Assembly: GCA_951406725.2 (NCBI GenBank)
Contig: OX597825.1
Location: 39,308,001-39,372,000 of the forward strand
Length of the DNA: 64,000 nt
Direction: 5' to 3'
DNA from: Octopus vulgaris
Taxonomy: Eukaryota
In this document: positions 1-15,873 of the stretch, in pieces
Layout: each line of letters begins with the position of its first letter
Numbering within the stretch: position 1 is the first letter of the stretch
Notes under the pieces: model-generated
The model's database searches: none
Seen by the model: the letters and a program-made list of their open reading frames with translations, nothing else
Told to the model about the DNA's origin: nothing
Translations under genes and position numbers: made by a program

Positions 1-170
1 ATCGCATTCTCACCTGGAATCGATTTTTGTAAATTTTTCAAGACTTATACACGCCCCTGATACCGTCGGTATCTACATATCAAATTTGAGAGTAATCGGA
101 TGGAGGATGCCCGAGATCATAGAAGACACACACACACACACACACACAGAACGGATTTTATATAATAGAT
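1..170 (-). mobile_element. Partial non-autonomous Helitron-like element (end carrying CA microsatellite)
   Basis: Same layout as 58430-58637: caaatttgagagtaatcgg, then (CA)n, then tttatataatagat. On the minus strand this reads A|TC, a Helitron-type 5' terminus. The rest lies outside the window. Confidence 0.45.
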
Positions 171-938
171 TTTTTCATAGGTGTACGAGAAATCGAATAG
201 TTTGTGTATACTTGCTTCGCAATAAATGAAATATGTTTGGGTGAAACTATACCCATAAGCAAAGGAGTGCTTGGTTAGTGTTCACATTGATATGATCTCC
301 GTTTAGGAAGGGGTAAAGTAGTTGAACCAAGCGGTATAGTGTAATCTCACAAATCTATGTGTCCAAAACAACTGCACCACGTTTTAGAGTCCTATTTGCT
401 AGTGAGTGATTCATTAATGAAAGTATTTAAAAACACTTACCGCACAGTCACATCCTTGTCAAATTTTCTTTGTTCTTATGAACGATGATCAATTTCCTGC
501 TTTATGTTTTAATCCTCATCTCACATCAGAATGCGATGGAAGCAATCGCCAACAACCTTCTACTATCTTTGAACGATCATGCAAAGTGACTTCATATATT
601 CATTGTAGGCTTTATTTCTTAAGCAAAACCGGTGTCACTCTTGTATTCTTAAGCGAAATTAGTTCTCTTCGCATGGAGCAGTTTCTTTAAGGATATTCCC
701 ACCTTTCTTGTGGTGAAACTGGTCCACATATGCAAATCATCGTCGTCACTATAGGATGTGTAGGTTTAGTATCCATGAACCACAACCTCGTTTCTCTTAG
801 CTTGGTAAGTCCACTTCGTATCCAGTATGCGCAAGTGAAGGCCTACACAATTTGTGGCAGACTTTTCCTTGCTTACATTAGATGTTCTAGGTCTTCCCTC
901 CATAAACGCTGGAAACACAAGCTTTGTAGACTGCAATA

Positions 939-942
<4 letters not shown>

Positions 943-979
<37 letters not shown>

Positions 980-1048
980 AGAGAAGAGAGAGAAAAAGAG
1001 AGAGAGACAGAAATAGAAAGGCGGGAAACAAAAAGATAGAGGGAGAGG
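943..1048. repeat. (AG)n purine-rich microsatellite
   Basis: Directly visible; it generates the ERERER/LSLSLS ORFs. Confidence 0.9.
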
Positions 1049-4000
1049 GAAAGCAATACAAATAAGGACATTTTGAAGCTGCTGATATAAATACCTAACA
1101 TAGTAGAGGTGAGAATAATTTTGTTTGCGAATAATACACACTACAGAAACGTCAGGAGAATAAAGTCAGACAATAATCGTGTAGCAAATCCTTTATTAAA
1201 TTTACGAAGGGCAATGATAAATTGAAACGGCTTTATTTCCCTTTTATAGTCAGCCCGATTGAGATTTGCTCACTGTAAATAATGCCGTTACTGATCAACT
1301 TACAGTTTAAAATATGGCATGTTATTGTAAATCCTGGAATAGACTTTGCAATATATCATTGCAGATATGTTGCCTTACCAATTCTGATATTCCATATGTT
1401 CGTAAAACTATAATATTACTATTGGATTATTTTTGCATAAATTGCTTTTGTTTTCATATATTAGAATATTTTGCTGAATGTTCCCCATATCTAACTATTA
1501 ACTATAAGGATGACAGATAAATTTCTGAGAGCGTAATCTAGTCATATTACTAAATAGTTCATATTATTTACCTCGAATGCGTGACAATATATTAAGATAT
1601 TTTCATTTTCTAGTTGTTTAGCTATCGAATACTTTGATTAAACGTGTACAATCAGAGTCGATGTTCAATAAATAATAGTTTTCTATGAACATATTAGACA
1701 TAATTTTCAATGGAACATTTATGATCCACTAAGATTCCGGGCATGTTATCTATTTCGAATGTATTGCCGGTCTAGAGTAGTATGTGTTCTCGAATAATGC
1801 AGAACGTTATTGGATTTTAAATATGTATATTGGAGCATAGAATTAAATTTTCTTTCAAAGAGAATATGCATGTAATCGTTTATCTGTTCATGTATAATTT
1901 CGTTGGCAGCAGACTCAACAATTTCTTTACACTACCGAAAATATGTATGTAATAAGTCTCGACTTCTTGCTGTCCTTCTTCGTGTTTACGATAATCTCAG
2001 TGTTCAATATAAATTAACAGCAATATAGCTCTTTCAGTATATTTCAGGAAAAATATTGTAATTAATTTTTCACATATCAGTATTCTGTTTAACTGGTCGA
2101 TTAATATATTTGCCTTGTTTAATTTCTTGATGTAGTACAGTTTTGATAGATTTATTGTAAACTTTACGCTAAATTATATATTTCAGTGAGCATTTGATTA
2201 TATACAAAATAAATTTACTATTGGTTGATGTGTGTATGGAGACAATGCCAAACCTGCAATATTTTTTTCCGTGAGCCTTGACAAATTACGTTGCATAATC
2301 ACTTTAGTTTTAATACTTTAAATTTGATTTTATCTGGAAATGCAATACATACTTCATGACATATATACCTGCATTGTGGTATGTTTAATAGATACACACT
2401 AACTGTAATTCTTATGGTGCAAACATTGATGTTCTTTAATAAATATTCTCATAAATTTGGGTAAGTCTTATTACAGATTTATATGATAACATATAACTAT
2501 TGTATTCTATTCTTATTGGTACCCAGTAACAAATCATTTTTATTGCACATTTCTATAAGTTGGTATTGAATATTTTATTGAGAATGCTTCCAGCTAAAGT
2601 ATGTAACGTCCACATTATGTATGTATTGATATAACTGAATCTGGCAATGAATTCTGATTGTCAGATAAATATATTAGAGTTTCATCAATAATATTATCCT
2701 GGTCGCTAGCCAATCACATACAATACTTCCACAACCATAGTTACATATACCAACAAAACTAGACACACACAGACACATGTATACATTTCCAAAGTGTAGA
2801 TTCAGGTTGTTTACTGTCGTATCTACTAATTTTCGTTCATATCTTAATGCAAAGAACATTCCTATGGTATGAATGTCTAATTCACATTTAGCGTCCATGT
2901 GTGCATTTTATATATTTCCAACATTAAATATGACTTTGATCTCTTAGCTTACATAGCCTAAGGCCGTGTTAGATAATCTAATATTGAATTAGGCCATCAA
3001 ATAACCTCAAACAAATGAAAATATGTAAAGTTTGCAGACAATATGGTACATAATAACAACGATGCATATTAAATTATTTAGCGAAGACTAAATCCTGTGA
3101 GCTTTGGTGAAGAGCTCTAAACAGCCTGAAACACAGATACTACTCACATTGTATGACCAATTTGTTACTCATGCAACAGTAGCACGTCAGATTTTTTGAA
3201 GTTTGCTAACACAATAAATATTATCCTTTCAATTGGTATTTTCCTTACCGTTTATAGGCAATACCGTGTGCATGAAACATGCTAAACTGGATTTCTCAAC
3301 GTAATTCGCTATGTAAAAATCTGATCATCGGTAATTATAATGTAAAGCCAGTAGTGTCTTCAATCCGAGTATAGTATCTAAGCTACGTTGTGGCATGACA
3401 CGATACTAAAGCTTTATTGGGACTTCAATGCTATTACCCGTAATATTCTGGATAAGGAAGAATAATTATATGTAAGAATATGTCTTCACAATTCGTATAT
3501 GTTACATTGCATAATTTTACAACACTTTACAACATACTGTTGCTGTTCATTAGGCTATCATTTTCTTTAATAGCGAAACACTCTGATGGAAACGCTTGGA
3601 CTGGGGACATCTAATATTTTCATCAATGACAAAATACCTGAAACATTTTATGCAATGCAAAATGTTTTTTAGATGTAAAGACAATTTCGTAACATTTCTG
3701 CCGGAAAGATCTTCGAAATTATATCGTGAAACAAATACTACTAGAAACCAGTATTTCTTTAATTCGTCTATCGAATAATCTAAGAGAAATAATAAGGTGT
3801 TTTTCTAAAGATGGCATTTATGAATATAAACAACAAATTAATATTGAAAGTTAATGCAATTCCAGAAGTTGTATAGCACTATTTTGTAACAACGATGCAC
3901 CTGAAGATAAGCGTAATTTGAGAAAGGATTAAGAGTCGAAAGCTTAACCTCACACATTGAAGACCATACAGAAAATGTAGTAAATATAATGAAACAATAA

Positions 4001-4542
4001 ATGGCACATGAAACACCCATCAAATCCATTAACTTGCATGTGCATAATTACACAAGTGAGCGTAACCACCTTCAAACACACAAGCCCATTCGCTATATAC
4101 ACATACATATATATACATATTTATATGTGAGCGTGTGTATTTGTTTGTGTTTGAGTGTGTGTGAGAGTACTTGCGTGCATATGTATTAGTTTGTGGTATT
4201 TAGTGTGTGTTTGAGTGTGAGTATATATGTGTTTATGTGTGTGAGTATGTATCTGTGTGTGTCTGTGTCTTTGTTTGTATGCCTGTATGCGAAATTGACT
4301 AAATAGGATCCATTAAGTATATGAACGTGCCGAATTCAAGCGCGCCATAAATAATTGGCTAAAGAGAATGATACAAATCAGACAATTAAATCAAATAATC
4401 CATTGCCATAGCACGGAATGTATGAATGAATGGATTCCCATCCTGTTTGGTAATACGGAACACATACGGTATCAAAACATAAACAGATATTTAAGCACGG
4501 TTTAAACGTAATAAGAAGAAGACAAATGAGTTACATGGTACT

Positions 4543-4664
4543 GCTAAACGGCTTTCATTAAATCTTTATTGGCAGATTAACATGGAACAGGCAAGTGTGT
4601 AGTATGTATTGCATCAATAAGATTATGTAGTACGTTATAAAAATCTCAATTCATCAGGTTTAAC
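4543..4664 (-). ncRNA. Degenerate type I hammerhead ribozyme remnant 3' of decayed PLE
   Basis: Minus strand: GTTAAAC-CTGATGA-ATTGAG...TTTAAT-GAAA-GCC-GTTTAGC. Helices I and II pair, but the UH cleavage triplet is missing. Confidence 0.3.
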
Positions 4665-4849
4665 AAGTATAAGAACTTGCAGTGAGATGCTGATGAATTA
4701 AAAGTTCATCAACAAGTGAAATTTCAGGATAACTGCCAGTGTGTAGACGGCGCTGTAATAAACAAAAAATGTGTATAATTGTGAGGATGGATGTAGTTGA
4801 AACACTAATTAATAAAATCTATATAATTGCAGTTGGTGATCTCCCCTGA

Positions 4850-6160
4850 GTGTACCCTTGATTGGTTCGTTGGTCCACTATTGTCGTTTGGGCGACCATA
4901 ATTTTTAACCATTTGTTTCGTGGTTGTTAGTTAAGCGTTGCATTTGATGAATTTCTGTGTTTTCAGATTGTTCGTTTCTGGATCCTTAGTAAGTATAGGT
5001 AGATTTAGTAAAAATGGTGTTGTATGCCTCAATGTCTTTAGAGTTGTAAGTTGATATATAAGATAGTGTTTTGTGGCGAGGTGTGGAGCTACGCTTTATT
5101 ACTCTTTGTGTTTTAATGCCAAATTTCTTAGCACGCTTAATTCCATCATCTATAAGTGAGGGTGAATATTGTCTTTCATTTAGCGTTGTTTTGAGATCTT
5201 GAAGTTGCAGGTTCCGAGTATTTTTATGAGACACTATTGTGCAAATCTTTTTTTGCTAAATTAAAGGGGGTATTTCTTGTGATGTGTTTCGGCTGGCATG
5301 AGCTGACAGGAGATATTGCTTCGGTTCCGTTCGCTTATGATAAATGTTACTTGCAATTTGTTTGTTGACTTTTTTTAACATTAAATTCCAAGAAAAGGGG
5401 ACTTTTTCTTTTGCTATATTACATTGTAAATTGAATGTTAGGGTTTATATTATGTAATATTGATTTAAATTAAAAAAATTGCTCCATTTCTACTTCCACA
5501 AGATAAAGCAGTAATCCAGATGTCTTATGTAGTTCTCTCACCAATGTGAAATGGATATCTGTATTTTTGCAGTGGCACTTCATGTAGGGTGAGTTCAAAA
5601 TATTCCATTATTAGGTTCGCAAGAAAAGGGACTGCTTTCATTCCCATTGCAATACCGCATTTGTGATGATAATAGATGTCATCAAATAGGAAATAATTGT
5701 TCTGAATTAAAAAATTTAAATCTCCCATTATAAAAACCTACATTATGCGTTCCGGAAAATCTTTGTGTTGCTTTTCGAGTCAGAATTTTATTGATTCTAT
5801 TCCATAGTCATGCGGGGATATTGGTGTTAAGATTAATACCATTGAAGGAAACCAATAATGTCGCATCATTAGTTGTTTTTGCTAGGTGCTCAAGCATGTC
5901 TAGATCGTCTCGAATAAACGTTTTGATGTATTTCGGCAAGAGTTTTAGTAGGATGTCTAGGAAATTGTCTAGGCGGTGGGTTTCACAGGTTGGACCATGC
6001 TGTAATAGGTCCTAAGTTTAAGTCTTCTGGTGCTATGATATTTATGTATGTGCCAGGTGATTGTTTGCAGGCTTCATAACTATCTTGCTCTTGTGTACTT
6101 TATATCGACTGTAAAAAAGACTAGATTTACATTTAAAATTTGTGCTATAATCTATCTTTT
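4850..6160 (-). pseudogene. Decayed Penelope-like element RT (Neptune-like)
   Basis: Minus-strand fragments GPTCETHRL..FLDILLK, GIAMGMKAVPFLANLIMEYFE and LNERQYSPSLIDDGIKRA parallel the PLE RT at 26278-28020. Many stops and frameshifts. Confidence 0.75.
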
Positions 6161-6199
6161 CCTATCACACCTTTTCCAAGTAGAATAAATATCTTTGGT

Positions 6200-6443
6200 T
6201 CGAAAGTAAATATTTCATGAATACTCTCACTTTTTGAGTCAAAGACTCTAGATCGGTCTTATTTATTGAATTCAGCTTAAGGTCATCAACATAAAGTAGG
6301 TAAACTATTCTCTTTTCGGATTTGGTAAAATCAATGGCAGGCCTGGATTTTCTCAATGTGTTTATCAGACTGATTACCACAATGTCGAACAGTAAGGGAG
6401 AAAGTGAGTCTCCCTGGAAAATAGCCCTGCTTAAACATCGATT
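6200..6443 (-). pseudogene. Inverted RT fragment of an R4/Dong-type LINE
   Basis: ORF 6165..6479 contains [14 protein letters not shown] and YLLYVDDLKL, matching motifs in the 7555 ORF. Confidence 0.75.
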
Positions 6444-6446
6444 GTA

Positions 6447-9783
<3,337 letters not shown>

Positions 9784-9843
9784 CTGACAACAAACTGTGT
9801 ATTACTCTTGATGCGAGACAAAATCAAATGTATGGATGGGATA

Positions 9844-9943
9844 NNNNNNNNNNNNNNNNNNNNNNNNNNNNNNNNNNNNNNNNNNNNNNNNNNNNNNNNN
9901 NNNNNNNNNNNNNNNNNNNNNNNNNNNNNNNNNNNNNNNNNNN
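9844..9943. other. Assembly gap (100 N)
   Basis: Run of 100 N; true gap size and contiguity are unknown. Confidence 0.99.
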
Positions 9944-10665
9944 GATCCAGTGTATATATATATATATATATATTCCATGTAATTGTGTCAGCAACGTAGA
10001 GATGAGTCCGAGTATATCCCGATGTAAAATCACCTGACTGGCGTATACATACATGATAACTAGCCACAAATCTCATTTAGAAGCGGCGTACATCAATATG
10101 TCGACGTTTTTGTCACTTATCAACATCACATACTAGAACCGAACTAGAGGCAAACTGAATTCCCTTTCTATGACAATATACATGTGTGTAAAACCATTTT
10201 CTTACATGCCACAACTCTGCTACGTGAGAATAAATTGTAATATGAATTAGAGACTGCAGTAGTGTTCTATTGTATATGAAATATTTAAAAGTACATTAAT
10301 GCGCTGGCATAGTCGCACCGCCACTCATACTCATACAATTGAACCAAACTTTTTAAGATAAATTTCTTTCATTTAAATTTCATTACCGATAAGATTTTAT
10401 TTGAAGTACGACCTGGATTACTTGATAGAGTGGGTGGTCATGAAGACGATTCTAAGAAAATTGACCACCCCCTGTTTAAAGAAAGTCAAATATTGACACC
10501 TATGCACTAGACAACAGCGTAAATATAAGCAGTTAAAAGGATTTATGGAGCATTTAATCTAATTTCCTTAGGGAAATTGAAAGAAATTTTTTTATTTGCA
10601 TATAAATAAAGAACCGTTGACTTCATTTCAAATGTTCTCATATATATGCATGTATATATATATAA

Positions 10666-10696
<31 letters not shown>

Positions 10697-10730
10697 AGTG
10701 TATACGTATACATATAGATGTAGATATAGA

Positions 10731-10759
<29 letters not shown>

Positions 10760-10761
<2 letters not shown>

Positions 10762-10924
10762 TATGAGCCTCTAAGCACACACACACACTCTCACACGCAC
10801 ACACTCTCACACGCACACACTCTCTCTTTCTCACACGCGCACACTCACTCTCTCTTTATCACACACATACACTCTCGCTTTCTCTCTCACACACACAGAT
10901 ACACAAAGAGAGAAACACACATAT

Positions 10925-10971
<47 letters not shown>

Positions 10972-11112
10972 TTGCGCTAAGACACGGTTGCGACACCCCA
11001 TGGTCGTAACTTCAACCGTGTTTTTTCTGTTGTGATTTTTGCTACCCAGGTATCGGTTAAATTTTGAATAATCCGTAACAAGATAATTCATGTATCCATT
11101 TCAATTAATATA

Positions 11113-11179
<67 letters not shown>

Positions 11180-11211
11180 AAACTATACATATATGGATGT
11201 AAGTACACACA

Positions 11212-11250
<39 letters not shown>

Positions 11251-12523
11251 GCACTCACACACATTTATATATTCACATGCATAGATATGTGGATTTATAT
11301 AGCCTGGAATGTTTATCCGCTTTCTATATATGGTTATGCGCATAAACTAGTTTGAGTTTGCACTCTCACGCATGTGTACAACACTTGTGAACTACTATAG
11401 GATATAGTGTACTGAAAGAGAACCTTTGTTACGTATTAGTCGAAAATATATATTTGAAGTAAATATTTATTTAAAATAATACGTGAACATATCTTTAAAA
11501 TCGACTATACCGTCGTAGGTATTACCATAATTACGAATTCATTCGTATACGTGCCCTCCGATAATAGTAACAGATACTTTGAAATATATGATCACCGCAT
11601 ATAAGTATCCTCATATATGAATTGTGAAGACTAGTTTGCGGGTGGTTTACATTATCGGGGCATGAATATTTATATGATCGCAAGTTATTCTAACTCCCAA
11701 ACCATACTTGAACTTTCGTACGATAAAGTGTCAACCGATTGGAGCACGCTGAAAGAATTTTACAAGGCTGCATTTATCAACACCTTTAGCATTGTAACAT
11801 TTCCATGTCAAAAGCGCAAATATGCAAGTAGTTATTTTTTAGGCTTCTGTGTTCAAAGCACTGATCCTAACCACATGTTTCCGGGTTCAGTTATTCAGTC
11901 CTTATGCGTGGAAATTTGGACAATTGCCCTCTATTAAGACACAATCGACGAAAACCTTGAAAGTTTGTTTAGGCTATTTCAAAAGAAAAATTTGAAAGGA
12001 AGCTGCACAGAAAATTATGCCCGGTTACATATCGAACAGCCCATACTTAATGCAGTGGAAACCTGTGTAGGTCGTTGTATCTAAAAAAATATATTGTGTG
12101 ACATACATTGTAGAATATAAAGAAATATATTTCAGAATGTACCAGGCTCCATATTCTCTGTCGTTAAAATTATTACAAATATACACTCCTGATGTCATTA
12201 CCATCCAGCGAAGCGAAGAGGGATTTACTCCTAGTAGTCATGTAAGTTTATTACTAATTGATGCTTTTGCACGTAACCGTGAACATAACACAGGTACCAC
12301 GGTATACTCTCGGATATTATGAGCCTCTAAGCACACACACACTCTCACACGCACACACTCTCTCTTTCTCACACATACACACACACTCTCTCTTTCTCAC
12401 ACGCGCACACGCACTCTCTCTTTCTTACACACATACACTCTCGCTTTCTCTCACACACACACAGATACAGAAAGAGAGAAACACACATATCCTATATATA
12501 TATATATGTGTGTGTGTGTTTGC
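10760..12523 (+). repeat. Two diverged ~210-bp direct repeats (10760-10975 and 12316-12523)
   Basis: Both start attatgagcctctaagcacacac and end gagagaaacacacatatcc(TA)n(TG)n tttgc. Confidence 0.8.
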
Positions 12524-12806
12524 ACGAGCGCGTGTATTTGTGTAACAGTTTCTCTAGGTGTGAAATATATCTAAGGGATTTAAATATCCGAAGAATTTGA
12601 TATTTTCCGTCAAATATTTAAGCAAATATGCCTATCTGATGAATCGTCATTACATATTTAAACGGATTTGATCATTCTGGAATAACTCCGTTTTATTAAT
12701 GAAATGAAACAGCTGTAACTTATGAGATGTGTCCTTTGTTCGTATAAAATATTTAAATTGAATTGAATTTATTATTGTTGAATTTATTGTTTTTTTTCCA
12801 TTTCTA

Positions 12807-12840
<34 letters not shown>

Positions 12841-13016
12841 AAGAAAATAAGTTGGCTAGCAGCAAGATGTTTCGCCTCATACCGAAGGAATTAGAAATGG
12901 CAGTCAAAGACCGTTTTTTCCATTTCTATAAGTGGAGGTTCCAAAAACGAAGGCCCTTGCGGCTCACATACACAAAACCGGAGTGGCAAATACACGAATT
13001 CAGTCACTTACCGTTA

Positions 13017-13088
13017 ATAGCGAACACGGTGTTTCTGGATCACAAACATATAAAAAAGGGTGAGTTTGAATTCCTTCATCAGCGCTAT
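13017..13088 (-). ncRNA. Type I hammerhead ribozyme (inverted arm copy)
   Basis: ATAGCG-CTGATGA-A-GGA..CAAAC/GTTTG..TCC-A-GAAAC-ACCGT-GTT-CGCTAT. Confidence 0.65.
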
Positions 13089-13436
13089 ATTCGTTAGCTT
13101 TATCAAATGCCGCCAGCCCTCACTTCTGACCCAGCGACATCAGATAGTGGGGGGAAGTGCGCAGATGTTAAAACCAAGTAACGACTGGGAATTTACCGGT
13201 AAATAATTGTTGGTTACATGAAAAACCACAGGAAAATTATTTACCATTTTTATTGTATTACCATGTGGATTCCTCATTCCATTACGATTACCCGGAAGGC
13301 GCGCATGGCAGAATTTTGGAGGGAAAATTTACGTTCCCAGTCGTTACTTGGTTTTAACATCTGCGCACTTCCCCCCACTATCTGATGTCGCTGGGTCAGA
13401 AGTGAGGGCTGGTGGCATTTGATAAAGCTAACGAAT

Positions 13437-13510
13437 ATAGCGCTGATGAAGGTATTCAAACTCACCCTTTTTTTTATATGTTTGTGATCCAGAAACACCG
13501 TGTTCGCTAT
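13437..13510 (+). ncRNA. Type I hammerhead ribozyme
   Basis: Helix I ATAGCG/CGCTAT, core CTGATGA...GAAAC, GUU triplet. One helix II substitution relative to the other copy. Confidence 0.6.
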
Positions 13511-13859
13511 TAACGGTAAGTGACTGAATTCGTGTATTTGCCACTCCGGTTTTGTGTATGTGAGCCGCAAGGGCCTTCGTTTTTGGAACCTCCACTTATA
13601 GAAATGGAAAAAACGGTCTTTGACTGCCATTTCTAATTCCTTCGGTATGAGGCGAAACAGCTTGCTGCTAGCCAACTTATTTTTCTTTACTATATACTGA
13701 ACCTTACAAAGGTCTTGACAATTATTTTGTCGTATTTACATACCGAAATTTACCGGTAAATAATTGTTGGTTACATGAAAAACCACAGGAAAATTATTTA
13801 CCAGTTTTATTATATATATATATATATAGATAGATAGATAGATAGATAGATACATACAT

Positions 13860-13943
<84 letters not shown>

Positions 13944-13948
<5 letters not shown>

Positions 13949-14712
13949 AAATATAGGATAAATATATATAAGAAATTATCAGTTACTAAGCGTGAAAAAC
14001 CTCCTAAGAGAAAAATTTCTTAATCATTCCCTATAAATATATTTATTCACATTAAGGGCATTACTATACATAAATGGCTCACGCTAGGAGGGACTCTTAA
14101 AGTCAAAATTACCATAATAACCACATTATACCAAACGTGAGGGACTTCAATTCTCGAATCGAGCCTCATAAAAACAGACTCAGCTGCATATCATATGATT
14201 TCATAAGTAGTGCACAAAATGCACTTTTTACTCATCAGTGACAGCATAGTTAAAACATATAAAAATAAACAAAAATCAACATACCAAACGAACACTACAT
14301 GTATCCAACGTAGTACATAGAAATTGTTTGCACTTATATATCTATGTAAGAGGCTGGCTTTTCCAGTTGCATTTCGGTACGCGTGTTTATTCAGAATAAA
14401 ATTCAGCACTGAATATATTCCAGTTAAATTTACAATTTAAATATAGGATAAAATCTTTATAAGAATTTATCAAGTAGCTAGCGTGAAAACCTCATAAAGG
14501 AAAAATTTATTAATTAATCCCTATAAATATATTTATTTATATTATGGGCATTACTATACATAAATGCTTCACGCTTGGAGACACTCTTAAACTGAAAGCT
14601 ATCATAATAACCACATTGTACTGAACGCGAGAGAATGCAACTCCCGAAGCGATCTTCCTAAAAACAGACTATGCATACCATATGATTTCGTAATTAGTGC
14701 ACAAAATGTACT
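13944..14712 (-). mobile_element. Two diverged tandem copies (about 13944-14290 and 14434-14712) of a second hammerhead-associated repeat
   Basis: Both begin aatttaaatataggataaaat and share ccctataaatatatttatt...aaaaacagact...catatgatttc..tagtgcacaaaatg. Confidence 0.7.
14189..14243 (-). ncRNA. Type I hammerhead ribozyme (minimal helix III)
   Basis: TGTCA-CTGATGA-GTAA..AGTGCA/TGCACT..TTAT-GAAA-TCA-TA-TGATA. The core is lost in the second repeat copy. Confidence 0.6.
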
Positions 14713-15008
14713 ATATTCAGTGTATTCATTGTATTGGTATGGTATGTATAAATGTTTATAATTGTGTAGTTTTTGTTGTCATACTGAGGACGGTAAAATG
14801 GGATGACAACACTAAACCAGTAATTGATTTATGGGTAAACTTTTTTTTAAATTCATTTTTGTTCATTCCCTCACATTCTTACCGTGTCTATGTGATAGTG
14901 TAGTTTTAGATCCTTGTGGCGTCTTCGTCTAACATGAGGCATATTACTTGGCAGTTACTCGTATTATATATATATAATTTTATAATTATTTACTTTGTGT
15001 GTATATAC

Positions 15009-15050
<42 letters not shown>

Positions 15051-15053
<3 letters not shown>

Positions 15054-15470
15054 GCAGGAGTGGCTGTGTGGTAAGTAGCTTGCTAACCAACCACATGGTT
15101 CCGGGTTCAGTCCCACTGCGTGACATCTCGGGCAAGTGTCTTCTGCTATTAGCCCCGGGCCGACCAAGCCCTTGTGAGTGAATTTGGTAGACGGAAACTG
15201 AAAGAAGCCTGTTGTATATATGTATATATATACATGTGTGTGTATGTGTGTGTGTTTGTGTGTGTGTGTTTGCCCCCCTAGCTTTGCTTGACAACCGATG
15301 CTGGTGTGTTTACGTCCCCGTCACTTAGCGGTTCGGCAAAAGAGACCGATAGAATAAGTACTGGGCTTACAAAGAATAAGTCCCGGGGTCGATTTGCTCG
15401 ACTAAAGGCGGTGCTCCAGCATGGTCGCAGTCAAATGACTGAAACAAGTAAAAGAGTAAAAGAGTAAAGA
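15051..15470 (+). mobile_element. Full-length tRNA-derived SINE
   Basis: A box TGGCTGTGTGG, B box GGGTTCAGTCCC, internal (TA)/(TG) tract and GTAAAAGA-repeat tail. Near-identical copies at 18627-19044 and 57872-58252. Confidence 0.9.
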
Positions 15471-15471
15471 G

Positions 15472-15507
<36 letters not shown>

Positions 15508-15793
15508 CATATACATACATACATATATATAATAAAGGGTAAAATTAATTAATAATAAGTAGTTCGGTATGTTAAAAGGACCACTATTGGTAAAATTATA
15601 CAAAAATTCTATAATTATGAGTATAATTATAATTAGGGTTCAGGAAGAATTTGCTTTACCACATCCCGAAATTTAGAAATAGCAGCTAAACTACTATTTT
15701 TTCACTACCATAAGAAAATCTCCCGGACAGCAATACTCAATAACTCACGCTGGTAAAGAGAAAAAATAACGAATCTACCCGCCTCTGACTAAT

Positions 15794-15873
15794 TGTATAC
15801 GCGCTTCGGAGTTAGAGGGTTGTGAAAAAATGTAAAATCATATTTCTACTCTATTATTCTCCTCTTCAGTACA
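15794..15873 (-). ncRNA. Type I hammerhead ribozyme with A15.1G substitution, in a third repeat family (about 15531-15900)
   Basis: TGTA-CTGAAGA-GGAG..TAGAG/CTCTA..CTCC-GAAG-CGCG-TA-TACA. Confidence 0.55.

Larger units (their letters stand above)
12836..13811 (+). mobile_element. Non-coding hammerhead-bearing retroelement (retrozyme / solo PLE pseudo-LTR type): inverted arm plus 557-nt unit with 65-nt terminal redundancy
   Basis: 12836-13191 is the reverse complement of about 13333-13697. 13190-13254 matches 13747-13811 with 1 mismatch. One hammerhead per arm; (TA)n on both flanks. Confidence 0.75.

Noticed and set aside
12852-13675. Paired 81-aa and 133-aa ORFs (MASSK..)
   Set aside because: Non-ATG starts, antisense to the hammerhead strand, and frames diverge at a homopolymer. 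They are by-products of the inverted repeat.
12836-13697. MITE/foldback DNA transposon interpretation
   Set aside because: The element extends past the right arm with a direct terminal redundancy and carries hammerheads, which fits PLE-type retroposition better.
15051-15125. tRNA gene
   Set aside because: The A/B boxes are the head of a multi-copy SINE; no complete cloverleaf.
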